Shown here piece by piece: positions 27,371 through 41,414 of a stretch of 64,000 nt of DNA (its first letter is position 1; the number at the start of each line of letters is the position of its first letter). The position numbers and the translations under genes were made by a program. Origin of the DNA: Eledone cirrhosa (Eukaryota); NCBI GenBank assembly GCA_964016885.1, contig OZ024742.1, positions 24,986,001 to 25,050,000 on the forward strand, given 5' to 3'. The notes under the pieces are model-generated. The model was not told where the DNA came from. It saw only the letters and a list, made by a program, of their open reading frames with translations, and made no database searches.

Positions 27371-27710
27371 TCTGGTGGATGTTTCTAGAATGAGCTTTAA
27401 TATGTTTATCCCCGTCATATATACATAGAAGCACAAACAGCATCATCATTATCGTTTAACATCCTGCTTCTGCACTATCATGGCGAGAATGAGTTGACCC
27501 TTAGACAGAGAATCAGGTCAGAGGACCATGGTGAATTAAACATGGTCCTTTGACCACATTCCCTCCCTAAGGGTCAACCCGTCCTACCCATGATAGCGTG
27601 GAACATGGACATAAAACGATGATGATGTTTGTATGTATATATGTATATATATGTTTCTATGTATGTATATCTGGGATATATTAAAACTCATTCTAGAAAT
27701 ATCTACCAGA
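27371..27710. repeat. ~340-bp imperfect palindrome containing two oppositely oriented SINE/RTE-type (CAT)n tails
   Basis: Nested matching arms: TTTCTAGAATGAG/CTCATTCTAGAAA, CTATCATGG/CCATGATAG, GTTGACCCTTAG/CTAAGGGTCAAC, AGGACCATG/CATGGTCCT; centre ~27535. Confidence 0.85.
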
Positions 27711-27769
27711 CATCATTGTTGCGGCTGTAAATACAAGCAATAGAAAACAAAACACTCTCTCTCACACAC

Positions 27770-29903
<2,134 letters not shown>

Positions 29904-30519
29904 ATTATGTTTGGATTTGCTCCTCTTTGTATGCAATCAAATCTATAAGAAGATATCAATGAGTGCGATATTGTGAGATAAAACCCAATATATTGAGATA
30001 TCATCAAACCCTGTACGCACACATAGTGAGAGAGAGTGGCATGCTTAGAGAGTTGTATTATACTAAATGCTAATGTGAAATAAGCTTCCTTCAATACACA
30101 CATAAACTCACTTCAAGTTTATTAAGTGAAAATATCAAATACACTTTACATCTAAACCTCTGTACCAAGTAACTGAGAGGGAAAATTAATTTAAAGAGAT
30201 GAATGGTGTTTATTGAGTAATTAAAAGGGCTGGATTATTTGATGTTTAGTGGTTGAATCATTGCTATGTCATGTGGAGAAAGACATATAATATAGGGGCT
30301 GGGGTAGAAACCATTCTTTGGTTTTGAAATGTATGCCGTTAATGATCTTTTAGTTCACCATTTCATCATCATCATCCGCACAAGCACCAGTAAACTCTTT
30401 TGATATTAATCTGCCAGATACCATCCTTTCTATGAAACTAAATTGTTTGATTTAAAGTGTTTATATTTATATAAATAAACCTTTACATCATAATTTTATA
30501 AAAGAATATTTCTTTAGTT

Positions 30520-31125
30520 ATGTTCCAAACACTAGCAAAATATAACGGATCCTGATTTAGGACCAACAATTTTGCAGGAGAAAGTCAATTAAATTTACCC
30601 CAGTGCATTACTGGTACTTAATTATATCGATTCCATAAGGATAAAAGGCAGGGCTAACCTTGGCAGGATTTGAACTCAACATAAATGGATGTAACTATAT
30701 GCCACAAAAGATGTTGTTTGATGCTCTACCAATACTGCCAATCCATGGCCCTTAATAATTGTTTCTACTATTGGTACAAGGCCAGACATTATCCCAGTGC
30801 ATTACTGGTACTTTATTTTATCGACCCCCGTAAGGATTAAAGGTAAAGTTAACTTCAGCAGGATTTGGACTCAGAATGCCAAGGGCCATAAATCTATGCT
30901 AGAAAGCATGGAAATTCACAAATAATTGCTATTATAGTAACAAGGCCAGCAATTTTTTTTTGGGGGGGGTCAATTAAATCGACCACAGTCCTTACTGGTG
31001 CTTTATTTTAACGACCCTGTAAGGATGAAAGGCAAAGCTAACCTTAGGAGGATTTGAACTCAGAACATAAATCTGCATAATTATATGCCACAAAACATGT
31101 TCAATACTCTACCAATAGTGTCAAT
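30520..31125 (-). mobile_element. three head-to-tail SINE family A copies
   Basis: Repeated CTGGTACTTTATTTTATCGACCCC...GGATTTGAACTCAG blocks. Confidence 0.85.
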
Positions 31126-31218
31126 ACCCCCCCCCCCCCCCCGACCCTGAATTATGAAAAAGGTTAATTAAATTACATAATCTTCATATCTTCATATTCT
31201 TCATTATTTTAACAATTA

Positions 31219-32108
31219 CTAGCAGTAAAGCCCGGCGTTGCTCGGGGCTGCTCAGTAACTGTGTTAAAGTTACAATGTTAAGTTCCTTTCTTGGCTTAAA
31301 AACTGTAGAGTCTACAGTGTAGACTTTCATGTGGTACTTTTGATTAATATTCCCTCAACCAACAGTATGCCTTATGAAGTTAAGAAAACATAACCGTAAC
31401 CCGAATGTTAAAACAAAAGAGGGTGCGGGGGATAAAAACTGCCCTGATAATCTATTAACAAAAATCGAAAATGTAAACACTGCAACACTTGTCTCAGAGA
31501 AAAACATCAGCGTAACCAATCAGTTATTTGGACATGAAAAACAAACAAAAAATGCGTTATCTGTCTGTCGTTTAAAATCATTGTTTCTAAATGAAAATCT
31601 CATAAGGCTTTATTCGAGATCAATGCTTTTTTTACAAAATATTTGCTTGTTTTACGGTATATTCAAATAGGCTTGTTTTCAAGTAAAAATATTGTTTTAA
31701 AATACTTTTTAATGGAAATGAAACAAAATGGAAGCTTAATGTTGAAATTTCGAACTCATGAATTTTGCAGGTTAAAATTTTGCTGGCCCGAAAGTTGTTC
31801 GCGTATTTTTGTTTTTTTGCACGCGTCGTTTATTCGTAACATAAATAGATAAGCAAATGACGCCATAAAAGGGAAATAATTCGTCTCTCATCTCTATTTA
31901 TACATTTGAACTGAAAAATCAATACATTACAAATTCTATTTTTGCACTTGGCGTGGGTCGATTTGAACATTTTTTAGACCGATGTCTCTGCCGGACCTTC
32001 ATCTATAAGTGTAGCAATTTCACCGAAATTTGAACGTACGGTTTAGGAGGAGATGTGTGCCGACCGTTTTAGTAGACAGACAGACAACCTCAGTTTTATA
32101 TATATAGA
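31219..32108 (-). mobile_element. non-autonomous Helitron (890 bp)
   Basis: Minus strand starts A|TC(TATATATAT), has (TGTC)n near the 5' end, a subterminal GC hairpin CCCGAGCAACGCCGGG (31231-31246) and ends CTAG|T; AT target, no TSD. Confidence 0.85.
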
Positions 32109-32339
32109 TTGATAGTATCACACTGTAAATGTGGTTGGCATTAGGAGTGGCATCCAGTCATAGAAAACCAGTGAGAAAAGTCCTATATGAGTGAGACACG
32201 ATCACTCGACCTAACTTGCATCAAAATGGGACAACCCTTTTAACCTGCGCTAGCGTGGAAGATACACGTTAAACGATGATGATGATAGTGATATCTTTCA
32301 TTAGAAATATGCTATGAAAAGGGTTAATATCAGCACTTA

Positions 32340-32690
32340 TCACTTTTTACTACCACTGTTACTGTCATTACTAACACCACCACACATCCATACATCATTA
32401 ATGACATCACCATCATCACTATATTCATCATCATCCTTATTATCATCACCATCCTCATCATTATCATTCTCATAATTCCTATTTATTGTCATCAGCATCA
32501 TCATCACTATCAATATAAACGTCATCACCATTGTTTTCATCATTATTTTAATCATTATTTTTTAACATGATTGTCATCATCATTGTTGTCATCATTTTCA
32601 ACATCATCATCATTATCAACATCACTGCCGTTGTCATCATTATCATCACCATCACCATCACCATCACCATTATCAGTCACCAATCATCTC
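32340..32690. repeat. degenerate (CAT)n tract
   Basis: Directly visible. Confidence 0.9.
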
Positions 32691-32919
32691 TATTAGAAGT
32701 AATATATTTGCCTTAGTATCTATCAATCTATAATGAACAGCGTTAAAATAGATGGATTACTTGACTTTAAATATGTTCTTCTTTGCTAATAGCTTTCATA
32801 ATCCATCAAATATTATTACTAACTATTTAAAAATAACAAATAATTTTATCTATAAATCAGAAAATGATAAATTACAAACTTGATTTAATTGAGGATATAT
32901 ATATATATGTATATTAGTA

Positions 32920-33250
32920 TGGAGGCACGTGGCTTAGTGGTTAGAGCATTGGCTTTGCAATCGAAAGGTTGTGAGTTCAATTCTCAGACCGGGTGATGTG
33001 TTGTTTCCTTGAGCAAGACACTTTATTTCACATTGCTCCAGTTTACTCAGCTGTAGAAATGAGATGATAGGGACTGGGGTCCATATCATTCCACTGCAAA
33101 GTGGTCGTGGAGGTGCCACGGAAAAAAGCACCCAACACTCACTGTAAATGAGGTTGGTGTTAGGAAGGGCATCCAGCTGTCGAAATCAAGCCATAATCAG
33201 TTCCCTTCCCACCCTTGCAAGCAGGGAAAAGCGGACGTAAAATGAAATGA
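32920..33250 (+). mobile_element. tRNA-derived SINE family B, full length
   Basis: A box TGGCTTAGTGG, B box GAGTTCAATTC, central CCTTGAGCAAGACACTTT domain, 3' GGACGTAAAATGA tail resembling the RTE 3' end. Confidence 0.9.
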
Positions 33251-33421
33251 ATAAATATACACACACATACATATACGTGTGTGTGTGGGGGATCTGTAAA
33301 TGAAAGATCAAGGAAAACAGTGCTCGATCCATTGGAAGAGAGCTTATTTAGTGTAAACAAAGTTTCATACACATGTTAAGTGTATGAAACTTTGTTTACA
33401 CAGACTCTCTCTCTATATATA

Positions 33422-34331
33422 TCATCATCATCATTATCATCGTCGTCGTTTAACGTCTATCTTCCATGCTAGCATGGGTTTAGACGGGATTTGTCTCACG
33501 TATAGGACGTGTCTGGCGGGTTTTCTACGGCGGGATGCCCTTCCTAACACCAACCGCGTTTACAGTGTGGACTGTGACACGTTCACGACATCATTTATTT
33601 AGGACTGGATGTTGTGTCACCGACATAATTTTAGGTGTTGATGGGGGTGGGGTAAGGGTAGTGGAGTGGGGTGTATTTTTGGTTAGGAGGAGCCTACTGA
33701 CTGTAGGTTTCGCTTTACTTAGGCAAGACGGGTCTTCTCTATTACTGCGCCAAAAATCTCGCGCCAAAAATCTCGTCCAGTGACATTGTCTTGGAGAGGT
33801 GTAAGTGTGTGAGGTCGGAATTTATCAAGTCGTCCCATGTTTTTCTGGGTCTGCCTACTCCGTGGCTACCATCTATCTTTATTGCCCTGCACTTTTTTAT
33901 ACAGCTGTCGTCTTTCATGCGCATCACGTGACCATACCAACGTCGTCTTCTCTCGAGTAAACAACATCTGATCCCTCTTATTCCTAATTTCTCACTTAGT
34001 TCATTTATGCTTTGCCGTTCACGTATATTACTATTACACATCCAGCGGAGCATGCAAGCTTCATTCCTCTCCAGTCTGCGTATATCCTCTGCACACAATA
34101 CCCAGGTCTCACTGCCATGTAACATCGCTGTTCGTATGCAGGCATCATACAGCCTGCCTTTCATTTTTAGGAAGAAACCTTTAGCGGCCAATAGTGGTAT
34201 AAGCTCTCTGAACTTTTTCCATCCCGTTCTGACTCTAGCTACTGTACTTTGAGAGCACCCACCACCACTGCTGATTTTGTCACCTAGGTAACGGAAGGTG
34301 TCTACTATTTCTAGACACCTATTCTAGCCAC
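33422..34331 (-). mobile_element. 5'-truncated RTE-clade LINE (RT C-terminus, 3' UTR, (GAT)n tail)
   Basis: Frame reads FRYLGD..ARVRTGWKKFREL..KGRLYDACIRTAMLHGSETW..LERNEACMLRWMC..RRRWYGHVMRM..GRPRKTW; GAT-repeat tail at ~33422-33447. Confidence 0.9.
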
Positions 34332-34343
34332 CTATATATATAT

Positions 34344-34477
34344 AGGGTAGTAGAGTGGGTAATAGGCAATAGTTAGGACCCTGATGGCTGAGCTGTGGCC
34401 GTTAAGACAGCTAGATTTGGATCTAGCTGTCGAAACGGCCGGAGCTCAGCCGTCAGAGTCCTAACTCTTTTACCTAT
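34344..34477 (+). mobile_element. (TA)n-embedded cassette family C, copy 2, with ~115-nt hairpin
   Basis: AGGGTAGTAGAGTGGGTAATAGG then AGTTAGGACCCTGATGGCTGAGCT...GACAGCTAGAT-TTGG-ATCTAGCTGTC...AGCTCAGCCGTCAGAGTCCTAACT. Confidence 0.8.
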
Positions 34478-34641
34478 ATATATATACGATTGCATCTGTG
34501 TACATATTCTTCTATAGAATATGTGTTTGGTATATATACAATATACCATGTTTCTTTTATGATATACGGACCTTTCTCTCTATATATAAACATATATCTT
34601 TTAATTTGGTTATATATATATATATATATATACACACATCA

Positions 34642-34977
34642 CCATCATCATCATCATCATTTTACGTCCGCTTTTCCCTGCTTGCAAGGGTGGGAAAGGA
34701 ACTGATTCTGGCTTGATTTCTACAGCTGGATGCCCTTCCTAACACCAACCTCATTTACAGTGAGTGCTGGGTGCTTTTTTGCCGTGGCACCTCCACGACC
34801 ACTTTGCAGTGGAATGATATGGACCCCAGTCCCTATCATCTCATTTCTACAGCTGAGTAAACTGGAACAATGTGAAGTAAAGTGTCTTGCTCAAGGAAAC
34901 AACACATCACCTGGTCTGAGAATTGAACTCACTTTCGATTGCAAGGCCAATGCTCTAACCACTAAGCCATGTGCCTC

Positions 34978-34979
<2 letters not shown>
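34642..34979 (-). mobile_element. SINE family B, full length, near-identical inverted partner of 32920-33250
   Basis: Reverse complement differs only by scattered substitutions and a small deletion; (CAT)n tail on the plus strand. Confidence 0.9.
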
Positions 34980-35017
<38 letters not shown>

Positions 35018-35682
35018 ATCCGTCCGTTCCATACACTGGTGGTCATCAGATTACTACATCTCCATTACAAAGCTATTTCATCATAATAGGCATATTTATG
35101 TAAACAAACCTATAGACGATATTAAATACCAGATTTTACACACTTCCAAATCTAATCCCCATTGGTCAACAGTACTTTAGTCACAAACAAATACCAAAGT
35201 GTAAACATATTAACTACTACCCAATTATTTCATTATATATATCCTAATCTACCTGGTAGGCTTTTGACCTTTCTGCAGAATCATTTCCTAAGATGTAAAT
35301 ATATAGTCTGCAACAGAACACTGCATTCCAGAATTCTCAACTACTTTTCTAATTACCAAATGTTCAATTCCAATGAACTGTGGGTCAAACTAGACTCTCA
35401 ACTGTTATTTACTTATCAGAAAAGTCAATTCACAATTATTATCAATACACTTTCTCAACAAACCACAAACTATTATAATTCTGTTTTTATTCACGATGTT
35501 CTGCACAAGGAAATGCCAAATGTGGTTTCTTGTTCTCGTTTTCATACTTTATTTTTCTTCTCTTCAACCCCAGTACAGAACTTCAATAGTTTCCTACAAC
35601 AGCACAGCAGTTGTACTGGCTTCACGTTGTTATTTAAATAGATGGCTTAAATAACTTCATCTATGTTCTTCTGCTTTTATTA

Positions 35683-36615
35683 TTTGGCAGTGGATTTGCA
35701 GAGCATCAGACACCATGCTTTGCAGCATAGAGTTATGGCCCTTTACGTTCTGAGTTAAAATCCCACCGAGCTTAACTTTGCCTTTCATCCTTACGGGGTC
35801 GATAAAATAAGGTACCAGTCACGCACTGGGGTCGATTTAATTGACTTTCCCCTCCCCCAAAAAATTGCTGGCCTTGTGCCTATATAAGAAACCATTATTT
35901 GGCAGTAGATTGGCAGTACCGGTAGAGCATCAGACACCATACTTTGTAGCATAGAGTTATGGCCCTTTACGTTCTGAGTTCAAATCCCGCCAAGGTTAAC
36001 TTTGCCTTTTACCCTTATGGAGTTGATAAAATAAAGCACCAGTAATGCACTTGGGGTAATTGCTGGCCTTGTGCCAAAAGTAGAAACAATTATTTAGCCG
36101 TAGAGCTTCAGACAACATTCTTTGTGACATATATTTATGATCCTTTACATTCCGAGCTCAAATCTCGTCACGGTTAGCTTTGCCATTCATCCTTACAAGG
36201 TTGATAAAATAAAGTACCAGTAATGCACTGGGGTTGACTCCTCCACCCCCCAAAAAATATTTGGCCTTGTGCCTAAATCCAAAGCCATTGAATTGGCAAT
36301 ATTCATTGAGCATCGGACAACATGCTTTGCAGCATTTAGTTACTTCCCTTTATGTTACAAGTTCAAATCCGGCTGATGCTAAATTTGTCTCTCATTTGCT
36401 TACAGAGTTGATAGAATAAAGTACCAGTAATGCACTGGACGTGATTTAATTGACTTTCCCCTCTCTTCGAAATTATTGAACTTGTACCTAAATCAGAAAC
36501 CATTATTTGGCAGTATTGTTAGTGAGTAGGACTACATGCTTTCTGGCATATATTTACAGCAGCTTAGGTTCTGAGTTCAGATCCTGCTGAGGTTAGCTTT
36601 GCCTTTCATCCTTAT
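35683..36615 (+). mobile_element. chain of ~5-6 head-to-tail SINE family A copies
   Basis: Successive heads begin right after the ATTATT tail of the previous copy (~35683, 35900, 36095, 36290, 36508). Confidence 0.85.
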
Positions 36616-36799
36616 GCATTACCAATTCAGGACAGTGGATTAAGAAAATTGTTAGAGTATTGCACAAGGTACCTTGGAGTATTGATTCTGGCATCTTTTC
36701 ATTTTGAGTTTCAATCCTACTGTTGATATAATTAATCCATTGTGTGGTCTAACACCACCATGTCACTTGGTTGCCTTTAAGGAAGCCTAATTTTGGTAG

Positions 36800-36975
36800 A
36801 GGGGGAATCGATTAAATCAACCCCTGTACATTACTGGTACTTTATTTTAGCGACCCCGTAAAGATGAAAGGCAAAGCTAACCTCGGCAGGATTTTAACCC
36901 AGAACGCAAAGGGCCGTAACTCTATGCCACTAAGCATGTTGTCCAACTCTCTACCAGTAGTGCCAAACCACAGCC
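36800..36975 (-). mobile_element. SINE family A
   Basis: Reverse-complement match to the core and head. Confidence 0.8.
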
Positions 36976-37898
36976 TATCCATTAATGGCATGAGAAGACA
37001 TAACCTCTTGAGTAATGGTAGCTCTTATAAGACAAATTATTCAGTATAGTGTAATGACACAGGACAAATAGGAATTAGAACACAGACCATTTCTTTAATG
37101 TTACGCTTGTTGCAGATTAGAAATTCTCACAATGGAAACAAGATTTTTCCATTTCTAAATGACCAGTAATATATTGAAATAAATATTTGCAAGCCATTCT
37201 TGCTTCAGGCTGGCTTTGGTTATTAAAACTATTAAAAATAAAATCAAAAGAGAGAGAGAGAAGAAAAGAAATAGCCACTTTATGAGTAAGATGTAAAAGT
37301 TGTTTACTGTAGTTACAAGTAAATACATGAATGTGACCAGTTGCTTATAGCAGTTGTCAAATGTAATTCCCTATTTAAATGCCAACACTGCTGGTCTTTT
37401 GTATAATTTTGATCAAAAAACATAAAGGAGAACCATCAATAAGGAATAGTACATCTGAAGGCATAGCATATGAAATCTTAATAAACTTATTAATTTAGAA
37501 ATAAATTTAGTGGATAAATGCTATCACTATATTTAACAATTTCCAGACACACTAATGTGAACTTATCTCAGTATGTCTCAAATAATCTGCTTGTTGTTAC
37601 TGTTGTGGTTGTTGTTTTTGTTGATCTTGTTTTTCTTTTGTTTTTTCTTTTTCTCCTCCTTCAGGTGAACCACCATGCATGCACATATTCCCAAAGCACA
37701 TATTGTTTGCCAGCTTATATATATAAATCATCATCATCATCGTTTTACATCCATTTATTCATGCTGGCATGGGTTAGACGAGTAATGTTTTGGTCAATGT
37801 TATGTCAGGTGACCATAACTTGCACATACAGAACTAATTTTGGCTTGGTTCTACAGCTGAATGCCTTTCCTAATGCCAACCTCATTTACAGTGAGTAC

Positions 37899-37939
<41 letters not shown>

Positions 37940-37976
37940 AATTTATATCTAGTAACATTTACACACACGGAAAAAG

Positions 37977-38059
37977 ACTTTCCTGATGACGGAATGATTT
38001 TCTATATGTTTCTTCGGAAAATATATATACTCCATTCCAGAAACTAATTAGTTGGAAGT
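37977..38059 (+). ncRNA. type I hammerhead ribozyme motif in a (TA)n-flanked cassette (~37936-38111)
   Basis: ACTTTC-CTGATGA-C-GGAATG(long loop)CATTCC-A-GAAA-CTAATTAG-TT-GGAAGT: 6-bp stem I, 6-bp stem II, palindromic stem III, GUU site. Confidence 0.7.
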
Positions 38060-38104
38060 GATTTTTTAGTAAGTAAGTTAATTTTATAATTTTCTTATTT
38101 TACG

Positions 38105-38145
<41 letters not shown>

Positions 38146-38148
<3 letters not shown>

Positions 38149-38335
38149 TGGAAATGTTTTTATAACGAAATTCATGGGGTATAAAAAAAAATGATTGTAA
38201 AAAAAATTATTTATAAGGAGATCAACCGAAACAAATCAACCGTTTGTTTCTAATTACCTCGGGGATTGAACAACATTTTGTTATACTCAAAAATTTGTGA
38301 TAATGGTATTCGTTATAATAAAATTATACCTGTGT
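38146..38335. mobile_element. pogo/Tigger-like MITE, degenerate
   Basis: TA-CAGTGG...TTATAACGAA / TTCGTTATAA...CCTG imperfect TIRs in a TA context. Confidence 0.5.
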
Positions 38336-38345
38336 ATATATCTAT

Positions 38346-38655
38346 CTAGGGCGGGTAAAATTCCCAAGATCCATGGACGAGTTCTCTCCAGCGGTCACTG
38401 TCCCTCATCATCGCTGACACCTCCTGCATCTCCAAGAGACCGGTATCTGTCTTTAGGGCATCAACATATGTCATCCTCGGTTCCCCTCTTCTAGTATGTC
38501 CATGCAGGGGCTCCCACAGGAGCACTGAGTGCAGTATCAACTCTGAATGTCAGTGAGCATGTCCAGCTAACCTCAGTCTCCTCTGTGTTACTTTCAAGCT
38601 GACTTTTGGGAAGCTCCTGTACAGCTCTGAGTTCTTCATCCTCAGTATTGATTCT
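38346..38655 (-). mobile_element. RTE-clade LINE fragment
   Basis: QRRLRLAGHAH..LLWEPLHGHTRRG.PRMTYVDALKTDTG..MMRDSDRW; frameshifted. Confidence 0.8.
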
Positions 38656-38678
38656 GTGTGTGTATATATATATATATG

Positions 38679-38717
<39 letters not shown>

Positions 38718-39182
38718 TATAAATATATATATATATATCATACATGTATATATATACACACATACACATATTTATGTATACATACAATAGTGGCACTTAG
38801 AAATAAAATTAACCTGTGGGGTGTTCTTTTCACCTAAGTTGAACAGATAAATCTTGTCTGTATAAGAAATTCAGTGAAGCACCGGTTGCTTCATTTGAAA
38901 CTAGTTAACATCAATATTTATTATTCACAAACCTCTCATCTTTACACGGTGGATAAAATAAAGCACCAGTATTGTACTGGGGTGGATTTAAACAACTTTC
39001 CTTTCCCCAAAAGCTGTTGGCCCTGTACCTAAATCAGAAACCATTATTATTCACAAAATATGATTCTAACACACAAATAATTACTTATTCACAGATAATC
39101 TTAAGAAAACTCTATGCTAAATGTCATGTCTACATAAACACTTTACTAATTTATGATAATAAATATGAAATTATGATGTATG

Positions 39183-39225
<43 letters not shown>

Positions 39226-39275
39226 ATGATGATATATATATGTGTGTGTGTGTATAGTGATATATAGATATATAT

Positions 39276-39320
<45 letters not shown>

Positions 39321-40812
39321 GCCTAGTTTTGTGACATGTTTATAAATGTACATGGTTATAATTATTTCATCATATGTATTTGGCATGTTGCTAATTTTCA
39401 ACACCTTTCAACTTGTAATGCAATAGGTAATATGCTATCAGTAAAGGTAGTTAGGTGCAGCAGGGTTTAGATGTTAATCATCATCATCATCATCGTCACC
39501 ATATTACGTCCGTTCTTCGGTTATGATGATGATGTTAATATAAAAGTTTATTCTGATGCAAAGGAATTTATACAAACACAAAACGCATGCACACATGTCT
39601 GTGTGTGTACATACCATCATCGTCGTTGTGATCTGTCCACCTTTTCATGCCAGCATGGGCTGGACAAGATATCTTATGATAATGTTTTATAGTTAGATGA
39701 CCTTCCTTGATGCCAACCTTTTTGTCACCATTTACCAAATGAGTATAATGGAGCAATGTGAAATGAAGTGTTTTGCTCAAGAACACAACACCCAACCCAG
39801 TCCAGGAATCGAACCCATTCCTTTTGTGTAAATTTTTAAAGCCTGTGATATGGACTGACTGTACCTGTAATTTATTGAGCCCCCACCACCACCCCTGTCA
39901 TATAATGTGTCATGCTAAATTTCCCTGATAATTAATTACATTAATTGTAAACATATTTGTAGAATGCTCAGTCACTTATATTAATTTCAGAAGTAGGCTG
40001 TTCCATTAATTGGTTGAATTGGATTACTCATCGTAGAAACAGGTGGAGGTCCATTCAATACATTGTTGTTGTTGTTGTTCTTGATGGTGAAAAATCGTGT
40101 TTGTAGAATGTTCAGCCACTTATGTTAATTTCAGGAAAAGGTTCTTCCATCGATTGATTGACCAACTGGAACACTCATCTTAGAAACAGGTGGAGGTCCA
40201 TTCCATTCCACATGTTGTTGTTGCTTCTTGATGGTAAAAAAACAAAACTAGTTTGTAAGCATCTGACATGGTTAAGATGACATTTAGTACTATATACAAC
40301 AACAGTATAGCTACATATCAAGAGAGAGTTAGATGTGAGTGAAATGGAGAAAATAGATTTGTTGACATGATGTTGATTGCTTTGTTAGACTAAATATAGC
40401 AGGGCAAAATGTAAACTAAAGATGAAATAAAACAAAATCATAGCAATCAATCTCCCCTTCCTCTCATAATGCCAGAGATAGATATATTCTCATTCCTTAT
40501 TTGTTGTTTTTTTGGCAGTGTGGGGAGTGGTGGGGAACTCTGATGTCAAGATGTTTGTACTTAATGTCATCCACTGATAACATTCTTGTGTCAAACTTCA
40601 CTATATCAATTGAGAACCTGGAATCCTCTTGACAGGTTCACTAGCTCACATCACCAACTGTGTTTTTTTTTTCTCTTTTTCTTTTTTTTAGTTCTGTAGG
40701 ACAATAATTATCTTTGGACAAATCCCGACAGAGTGCCTCCATTTCAGTGTAGAGAACTTTATAGAAGTATTATACAATGATGAAAGTACTTTTTTAAAAT
40801 AAAGGATTAAAA

Positions 40813-41331
40813 TAATTGTTTCTACTTTAGGCACAAGGCAAGCAATTACCCAGTGCATTACTGGTACTTTATTTTATCGACCCCGTAAGGATGAAAGGCA
40901 AAGTCAACCTCGGCGGGATTTGAACTCAGATCGTAATAAACAATTAAATAATTAAATAAAGGATTTGAACTCAGATCGAAATAAAGGATTAAAATAATAA
41001 TTTCTAATTTAGCCAAAAGGCCAGCAATTCTCAAGAGCAGTGAGGGAAATCGATTAAATTGACCCCTGTGATAGAATGGTACTATATTTTATTGATTACG
41101 AAAGAATGAAAGGCAAAGTTGATGTTGGCAGGATTTGAACTCAGTACATGAAACGTTATAATTGTTTCTATTTTATCCCAGTGCATTACTGGTACTTTAT
41201 TTTATCGACTCTGTAAGGATGAAAGGCAAAGCTAACCTCGGCGGGCTTTGAACTCAGAACGTAAAGGGCCATAACTCTATGCTGCAAAGCATGGTGTCTG
41301 ACGCTCTACCGATAATGCCATTCTACGACCC
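40813..41331 (-). mobile_element. three head-to-tail SINE family A copies
   Basis: Repeated reverse-complement cores. Confidence 0.85.
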
Positions 41332-41414
41332 TATTTCACCAGGAATTGATAAACAAAGAGAAAAAAATGAGGGTAGGAAAAAATAAATTATGATAAATGT
41401 AGGAATGAAGGCGC

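Noticed and set aside
32920-32995. tRNA genes at SINE heads
   Set aside because: A and B boxes are present, but no complete cloverleaf is evident and the sequence continues into a SINE body
35162-35641. 159-aa ORF in unique AT-rich DNA
   Set aside because: Non-ATG start, no recognisable domain, composition typical of AT-rich non-coding sequence
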